DNA of 64,000 nt from a bacterium. GTDB lineage: Bacteria; Krumholzibacteriota; Krumholzibacteriia; LZORAL124-64-63. The DNA lies in NCBI GenBank assembly GCA_014730255.1, contig WJIQ01000136.1, positions 1-64,000 of the forward strand. The letters are read 5' to 3'. Below the pieces are notes generated by a model. The model worked only from the letters and a program-made list of their open reading frames with translations. It made no database searches and had not been told where the DNA came from. Both the position numbers and the translations under genes were made by a program. Shown piece after piece: positions 58,713 through 64,000 of the stretch. Position 1 is the stretch's first letter. The number at the start of each line of letters is the position of its first letter.

Positions 58713-59366
58713 ATGCGCATCGCCCACGCCCTCGCCAGCGTCCTCCTGATCGCCGTGCTCGCCTCGCCAGCGATGGCGCAGCAGATCGGCGGTGAGATCG
58801 GTAACCTCAACGATCCGGTCGGATCGGTCCCGAACATCCTCGTCGGCGACCAGTCCCTCGCCTACCTCGTGTTCCCGGGCGAGCAGGTCTCCTGCCCGGA
58901 CGACGGGTTCCGCCTCGACGCGGTCCGCATCTGGCTCGAGTTCTCCGAGGACCAGGTCCCCGTCTGCCTCAGCGTGTCGGGCGGCCTGCTCGACGCCGTG
59001 CCCGAGGGCGACGGCTTCGTGCCGGGCGACCCGATCTACCTGTCCGAGCCGCGGCTGATCGCCATCAACGATCCGGGCCTGCAGGTGATCGAGGTCTTCA
59101 CCGACGAGGTCGCCTCGTGCGAGATCCTCGAGGACGCCTACTTCCTGACCCTGCAGTTCATCGGCCCGGCCGAGGCCAGCCTCGGCGTCGACGACGAGCC
59201 CGCCCCCGGCATCGAGTTCATCGACAGCGGCCAGGGCTACGTCGACCTCAACGGGTTCGACCGTCCATCGGGCGGCAAGATCATCATCTGGGGCGACATC
59301 ATCTGCTGCATCACGACGCCGACCGAGCGCAGCTCCTGGCACCAGATCAAGCAGCTCTTTCGCTAG
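58713..59366 (+). CDS. secreted hypothetical protein (signal peptide; conserved Cys pairs)
   Basis: Start [22 protein letters not shown] within ORF 58641..59366; no family recognised. Confidence 0.45.
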   Translation: MRIAHALASVLLIAVLASPAMAQQIGGEIGNLNDPVGSVPNILVGDQSLAYLVFPGEQVSCPDDGFRLDAVRIWLEFSEDQVPVCLSVSGGLLDAVPEGDGFVPGDPIYLSEPRLIAINDPGLQVIEVFTDEVASCEILEDAYFLTLQFIGPAEASLGVDDEPAPGIEFIDSGQGYVDLNGFDRPSGGKIIIWGDIICCITTPTERSSWHQIKQLFR

Positions 59367-59484
59367 CGGCTCGACGAACGGCCGGCCCCGCCCGGGCCGG
59401 CCGCCGTCGGCACGGCGCCCGGTCTGGCGACCGGCGACCGCCGCGTGTAGCATGGACCGCCACACGCGCACGAAAGGACCCGCG

Positions 59485-59880
59485 ATGCCCAGCCAGCCCA
59501 GCCGCGAGCTCGAGACCTTCGAGAACCCATCGCCCGACCGGGACTACGAGATCGCCTTCGACTGCCCCGAGTTCACCTGTCTGTGCCCGCTGACCGGCCA
59601 GCCCGACTTCGCGCACTTCCACATCACCTACGTCCCGGACCGGCAGTGCGTGGAGCTGAAGTCGCTCAAGCTGTACCTCTGGAGCTACCGCGACCAGGGC
59701 GCCTTCCACGAGAAGGTCACCAACCAGATCCTGGACGATCTGGTGGCGGCCACGCGGCCGCGCATGATGGAGGTGCGTGGGGAGTGGTTCGTGCGCGGCG
59801 GCATCACCACCGAGGTGCGGTGCACCTACATCGACCCCGCCTGGGGCCGTGATCGCGACGGGTCCGGCAGCGTGTCCTGA
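59485..59880 (+). CDS. queF: NADPH-dependent 7-cyano-7-deazaguanine (preQ0) reductase, type I
   Basis: Start [15 protein letters not shown] (AAAGGA RBS) within ORF 59452..59880; catalytic CPEFTCLCP cysteine and QueF motif [12 protein letters not shown]. Confidence 0.85.
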   Translation: MPSQPSRELETFENPSPDRDYEIAFDCPEFTCLCPLTGQPDFAHFHITYVPDRQCVELKSLKLYLWSYRDQGAFHEKVTNQILDDLVAATRPRMMEVRGEWFVRGGITTEVRCTYIDPAWGRDRDGSGSVS

Positions 59881-59892
59881 TCCGCCCCGCGG

Positions 59893-60636
59893 TCAGGATC
59901 CAGGCTCCGTTGCCGGCGATCGGGTGCAACCTGGCAGCACGATCTCGGCGGTGGTCCCGACGCCCGTCGTCGACGCGATCCTCACCTCGCCGGCGTGATC
60001 CTCGACCACCAGGGCGACGACGCACAGGCCGAGGCCGGCCCCCCGGCGCTCGCTTCCGGTCCGCGTGGTGAAGAAGGGCTCGAACAGCCGGTCGCGGTCG
60101 GCCGGGTCGATCCCCGGCCCCGTGTCGGCGATGGTCAGTCGCACCATACCGGGTTCGCCCGTCGCCGCATCCTGACCGCCCGCCGTGCCCACCCTGATCT
60201 CACCGCCCCCGACGCCGGTGACCGCCTCGATCGCGTTCCGCAGCAGGTTGCACACCGCCTGCTGCAGGGGCGCCGCCGCGCCCATGACCACCGCGGGTGC
60301 GGCCGACCGATCGATCCTCAGGTCCACGCCGGCGGGCCAGGGCTCGAGCGAGCGAATGGCCGCGTCGACGACCTGCTCGACGTCCAGCGGTTCGTGCTCC
60401 TGCTCGTTGCGACCGCTCAGCGTCAGCAGCTGGAGGTTGACGGCCGCCATGCGCCCGGCGACCCGCCGCATGCTCTGGACCATGGGCACGGCCGGATGGT
60501 CGGCGGGCAGATCCTCGAGGATCAGGTCGGGGTACCCGACCAGGGGCGCCAGGAGATTGTTGAAATCGTGGGCCACCTGTCCGGTGACCCGGTAGACGAG
60601 GTCGCGGCGGTCGTCCGGCGCCCGGAAACCCGTCAT
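59893..60636 (-). CDS. orphan cytoplasmic histidine kinase core (HisKA + HATPase only)
   Basis: 247-aa C-terminal part of ORF 59893..61587; H-box VAHDFNNLLAPLVGY; N/G boxes LLRNAIEA, DTGPGI, GAGLGL; 4-bp overlap with upstream radical SAM gene. Confidence 0.75.
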   Translation of the reverse strand: MTGFRAPDDRRDLVYRVTGQVAHDFNNLLAPLVGYPDLILEDLPADHPAVPMVQSMRRVAGRMAAVNLQLLTLSGRNEQEHEPLDVEQVVDAAIRSLEPWPAGVDLRIDRSAAPAVVMGAAAPLQQAVCNLLRNAIEAVTGVGGGEIRVGTAGGQDAATGEPGMVRLTIADTGPGIDPADRDRLFEPFFTTRTGSERRGAGLGLCVVALVVEDHAGEVRIASTTGVGTTAEIVLPGCTRSPATEPGS

Positions 60637-61646
60637 GACGTCGTCCTTTCCTCGCCGGCCAGGACCAGCGGCAACCGGCGACCGCAGCCCGGGCAGTGCG
60701 GCGTCGCGAGGTCGCAGCGGGCCCCGCCGCGGCGACGCTCGATCACGAGCTCGCCGCAGTCGGGGCACCGAGTGTCCGACCACCGTGTCGGCCCGAGATT
60801 GCCGACGTAGACGTGGTGGATGCGCTCGGCGCAGGTCCGCGCCGCACGCTCCAGGGTCTCGGCCGGCGTCGGCGGAGCGTCGAGGCGCCAGGCCGGATGG
60901 TACGCCGACAGGTGCAGGGGAATGTCGGGCGAGAGGTCGGCCACGCGATCGCGCAGCCGCTCGATCTGCACGGGCGCGTCGTTGTGGCCCGGGATCACGA
61001 GATTGGTGATCTCGAGGTGGATGCCCGCGCGGTGGAGCGCCTCGATCGTCGCGAGCACCGGCTGCAGATGGCCCTTGCAGACGTCGCGGTAGAAGTCCTC
61101 GTCCAGGCTCTTGAGGTCGATGTTCGCCGCATCGATCAGCGGGATCAGCTCGGCCAGCGGCTCCGGATTCAGGTAGCCGTTGCTGACGATGACGTTGACC
61201 AGCTCCGCCTCGCGCACGAGCCGCGCGGTATCGCGCACGTACTCGAACCACACCAGGGGTTCGCTGTAGGTGTAGGCCACCCCGACCGAGCCCTCGCGCC
61301 GGGCGAGGTCGACGACGTCGGCGGGCGACAGCTCGGCCATGCTGGTGGCCTGGCCCTGGCTGAGCTGCCAGTTCTGGCAGAACGCGCAGTGCAGGTTGCA
61401 GCCGGCCGCGGCCACCGAGAGGATCGGCGCCCCGGGCAGGAAGTGGTAGAGCGGCTTCTTCTCGATGGGATCCATCCCGCACGCGGACAGGCGGCCGTAA
61501 TTGAAGGCCACCATGCGGCCGTCGCGATGGCCGCGCGTCCCGCAGGGGCCGTCCCGCCCCTCGGCCAGGACGCACGCCGTCGGGCACAGGTGGCAGGCGA
61601 CCTTGCCGTCCTCGCGGAGCTGCCAGTGAGCGGCCGTCGTGCTCAT
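60633..61646 (-). CDS. AmmeMemoRadiSam-system-type radical SAM enzyme (PFL-activase-like)
   Basis: 337 aa; CNLHCAFCQNW radical-SAM cysteine triad; N- and C-terminal Cys pairs (CHLCPTAC; CPDCG...CPGCG); overall layout of the AmmeMemoSam_rS family. Confidence 0.7.
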   Translation of the reverse strand: MSTTAAHWQLREDGKVACHLCPTACVLAEGRDGPCGTRGHRDGRMVAFNYGRLSACGMDPIEKKPLYHFLPGAPILSVAAAGCNLHCAFCQNWQLSQGQATSMAELSPADVVDLARREGSVGVAYTYSEPLVWFEYVRDTARLVREAELVNVIVSNGYLNPEPLAELIPLIDAANIDLKSLDEDFYRDVCKGHLQPVLATIEALHRAGIHLEITNLVIPGHNDAPVQIERLRDRVADLSPDIPLHLSAYHPAWRLDAPPTPAETLERAARTCAERIHHVYVGNLGPTRWSDTRCPDCGELVIERRRGGARCDLATPHCPGCGRRLPLVLAGEERTTS

Positions 61647-62767
61647 GACTCGCCTCCCAGCTCGGCCAGCGCCCAGGTGGCCACCGACCGCACCTCGGCG
61701 TCGGGATCCTGCTCGGCGACCCGCGCGATCAGCGGGCGCAGGTCACGGCGGCCGGTGTTGGCCGCGACGACCAGGGCGTTGCGCCGCAGCCCTTCCGGAT
61801 GCTGGCGCCACAGCGGGGTCCGTCGGAATCGCCGGCGGAACTCCCCCGCGTCCATGACCATCAGGTCGGCCAGGGTCAGCTCGGCATGGGCGCCGAGCGG
61901 CCCATACGCCGGATCGGGCGGCGGCCGCCGATCCGCCTGGCGCGCCGCCCGCGCGTTCCACGGGCAGACCTCCTGGCAGACGTCGCAGCCGAACAGACGC
62001 GCCCCCTGGTCGGCACGCTCGTCCGACGGCGCGCGTCCCTGCCACTCGATCGTCCAGGTGCTCAGGCAGCGGCCGGCGTCGACCTCGCGCGCGGCGACGA
62101 TCGCCCCGGTGGGGCAGGCGTCGAGGCAGCGGGTGCAGGACCCGCAGCGGTCGGTGCCCGGGCGCGGGTCCGCCGGCCGCTCGGCCACCTGGTACAGCGG
62201 TCGCGGCACGGCCGTCCAGTCGTCAACGTCGAGGTTCGTGGGCGCGACCGCAAGGAACAGCCCCGATCCCAGCGCCTCGTGGATGAGGCAGGTGTTGCGA
62301 CCGACGAAGCCGAGACCGGCCGCCTCCGCCCAGTCCCGTTCGAGGTAGGGGCCGGTATCGACGGCCGGGAACGCCCGCAGCTCCGGCCACTCCGCGCGCA
62401 GGTCGCCGAGCAGGGCCTTGACCGCACGCAGCAGGACGTCGTGATAGTCGCGACCGCGCGCGTACCGGGACACCGTGGCCAGCCAGTCCGCGCGTTCCTC
62501 GGCCGGCCAGCCGTCGGTGTAGCGCTGGCCGAAGACGAGGAGCGAGCGGGCCTCCGGGTTGCGCCGCCGCGGATCGGCGCGTTCCTCCCGCGTGCGCTCG
62601 AGGTAGTCGAGCCCGCCGTGCCGACGCCGATCCAGCCACCGCCGCCAGGCCTCGGCGTGGGGGGCCTGGCCGATCAGGGGCACGATGCCGACGAGGTCGA
62701 GCCGCCGCTCCGGTGCCCGCCGTCGGACGACGGCGACCAGGGCCGGGGCGGTGGCCACGGGGCTCAT
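61643..62767 (-). CDS. queG: epoxyqueuosine reductase
   Basis: 374 aa; double 4Fe-4S motifs CGSCTRCLDACP and CDVCQEVCPWN; C-terminal HEAT-like domain; ATGA overlaps on both sides. Confidence 0.85.
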   Translation of the reverse strand: MSPVATAPALVAVVRRRAPERRLDLVGIVPLIGQAPHAEAWRRWLDRRRHGGLDYLERTREERADPRRRNPEARSLLVFGQRYTDGWPAEERADWLATVSRYARGRDYHDVLLRAVKALLGDLRAEWPELRAFPAVDTGPYLERDWAEAAGLGFVGRNTCLIHEALGSGLFLAVAPTNLDVDDWTAVPRPLYQVAERPADPRPGTDRCGSCTRCLDACPTGAIVAAREVDAGRCLSTWTIEWQGRAPSDERADQGARLFGCDVCQEVCPWNARAARQADRRPPPDPAYGPLGAHAELTLADLMVMDAGEFRRRFRRTPLWRQHPEGLRRNALVVAANTGRRDLRPLIARVAEQDPDAEVRSVATWALAELGGES

Positions 62768-63714
62768 GGCGCCCCCAGCCTCTCGCGAGCCGCCGCGTAC
62801 TCGCGCTGCAGCCGCGCAACCAGCTCGGCGACCGGCGGCGCGTCGTCGATCAGGCCGGAGACCTGGCCGATCTCGAGCTCGCCGTCCTCGAGATCTCCCT
62901 CGAGCATGCCGCGCCGGGCCCGGCCGGTGCCGAGCAGCTCGGCCAGCTCCTCGCCGCTCGCCCCGCGCGCCTCGAGTTCGGCGACCTCATCGAAGAACCG
63001 GTTGCGGAGCATGCGCACCGGCACGTGCCGCTTCATCATCAGCATCGTGTCGCCGAAGCCGGCCGCCATCACCCGCTGCTTGTAGGCGTCGTGCCCGCTC
63101 GACTCGGCCGAGATGGCGAACCGCGATCCGATCTGCACGGCGTCCGCCCCGAGCGCCATGGCGGCCAGCCACTGCGCGCCCGTGGCGATGCCGCCGGCGG
63201 CGATCACCGGCACCGAGACCGCCGCCCGGCACTGCGGCATGAGCACCATGGTGGTCAGCTCCTCGCGACCATTGTGACCGCCGGCCTCGAAGCCCTCGCA
63301 GATCACGGCGTCGCAACCGGCGTCCTCGCACTTGCGTGCGAGGGCGGGGTTGGCCACCACGTGCATCACCGTGCAGCCGGCCTCCTTCAGTGGGCCGATC
63401 GCCCGGCGCGGCGAGCCGGCGCTGGTCACCACGATCCGGATCCCCTCCTCGAGGGTGATCTCGAGGACGTCGCGACTGTGCCCGTAGAGCAGCGGGATGT
63501 TCACGCCGAAGGGTCGGTCGGTCAGGTCGCGACACTTGCGCACCTGCTCCCGGAACAGATCGGGGCGCATGCTGCCGGAGCCGATCAGTCCGAGGCCGCC
63601 GGCGTTGCTCACCGCGGCGGCGAGCTTCGCTCCGCTCATGTACACCATCCCCCCCTGGACGAGGGGCAGATCGATCCCCAGCAGGCGGCACACGCGATTG
63701 GTCGACCAGTCCAT
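62764..63714 (-). CDS. FMN-dependent nitronate monooxygenase / FabK-like enoyl reductase family oxidoreductase
   Basis: 316 aa; GIDLPLVQGGMVYMSGAKLAAAVSNAGGLG, VIAAGGIATG TIM-barrel FMN motifs. Confidence 0.8.
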   Translation of the reverse strand: MDWSTNRVCRLLGIDLPLVQGGMVYMSGAKLAAAVSNAGGLGLIGSGSMRPDLFREQVRKCRDLTDRPFGVNIPLLYGHSRDVLEITLEEGIRIVVTSAGSPRRAIGPLKEAGCTVMHVVANPALARKCEDAGCDAVICEGFEAGGHNGREELTTMVLMPQCRAAVSVPVIAAGGIATGAQWLAAMALGADAVQIGSRFAISAESSGHDAYKQRVMAAGFGDTMLMMKRHVPVRMLRNRFFDEVAELEARGASGEELAELLGTGRARRGMLEGDLEDGELEIGQVSGLIDDAPPVAELVARLQREYAAARERLGAP

Positions 63715-63897
63715 CGAACACGAACCTCACCGGACGGTGTGACGAGCCCGGGCCGTCTCCGGGCGTTCCGCGTACCTCGCGACCGTACCATGTCCCCGGT
63801 CCGGTGGCACGCGCCGATCGTACGCCAAACTCCGCCGGCGCCGCTTTCTAGAGTAGTTCTGTCGCAAATAAATCAAGAACTTCCCGCAATTCGGGCT

Positions 63898-63927
63898 TTG
63901 AAGTCAACGCCTGTTAGCGTCTATGTT
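63898..63927 (+). promoter_or_regulatory. candidate sigma70-type promoter (TTGAAG-18-TATGTT)
   Basis: AT-richer intergenic stretch; hexamers with 18-bp spacing about 45 bp upstream of the GGAGG-ATG at 63971. Confidence 0.3.
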
Positions 63928-63970
63928 TGGGCACGTCCGGCCCCGCTTTCCAGATTACTTGGAGGTTCTC

Positions 63971-64000
63971 ATGAAGGGTCTCATCTGCCTCGCCGGCTGC
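63971..64000 (+). CDS. 5' end of a gene (MKGLICLAGC..., possible lipoprotein lipobox LAGC), continues beyond window
   Basis: GGAGG 5 nt upstream of ATG; only 10 codons visible. Confidence 0.3.
   Translation, partial: MKGLICLAGC

Overview
High-GC (about 70%) bacterial chromosomal window with roughly 55 genes, densely packed and mostly in minus-strand operons, many joined by 4-bp start/stop overlaps. Main content: (1) Five secreted hydrolases share one ~80-aa C-terminal domain (PNPFNPxTT[IL]xF...AGHA...YDxRGR.V[RK]TLVD...W.G.D..GR....G.Y...L........[LI]V[KR]), which looks like a FlgD-Ig / T9SS type-A sorting domain. They are two S8 subtilases, an M1 aminopeptidase, an esterase and a C25 gingipain-like peptidase. 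(2) A c-di-GMP signalling operon carries two paralogous histidine-kinase-GAF-HD-GYP fusion proteins, a stand-alone receiver and a receiver-GGDEF (GGDDF variant) protein. (3) A second signalling operon encodes a STAS-GAF-degenerate-HD-GYP protein, a small HTH protein, a pseudo-receiver protein and an MCP-like coiled-coil membrane protein with a tandem C-terminal IYDLAEF motif. (4) Housekeeping genes include LysR-icd, an sbtA/sbtB-like pair, tsaD, nnr, ilvC, the tRNA(CAU)-tilS-ftsH-folP-cdaA block, queF and queG. (5) A 390-aa protein is a clear homolog of eukaryotic GTDC1/QTMAN (the queuosine-tRNA mannosyltransferase, DUF3524 + GT1), in an operon with a HAD-IIA hydrolase and an alpha/beta hydrolase. 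(6) A TPR-CHAT protein sits next to a divergent ECF sigma / anti-sigma pair and a secreted unknown protein. (7) A MacA-like adaptor plus two FtsX-type permeases and a lipoprotein have no adjacent ABC ATPase. (8) An AmmeMemoRadiSam-type radical SAM enzyme is translationally coupled to queG, an FMN oxidoreductase and an orphan histidine kinase. No CRISPR array, transposase, integrase or rRNA was recognised. Many long ORFs in the supplied track are antisense artefacts of the high GC content. CDS starts were refined in frame from ORF-track ends, mainly using signal peptides, RBS and domain boundaries; my reading of single positions may be off by 1-2 bp in places.
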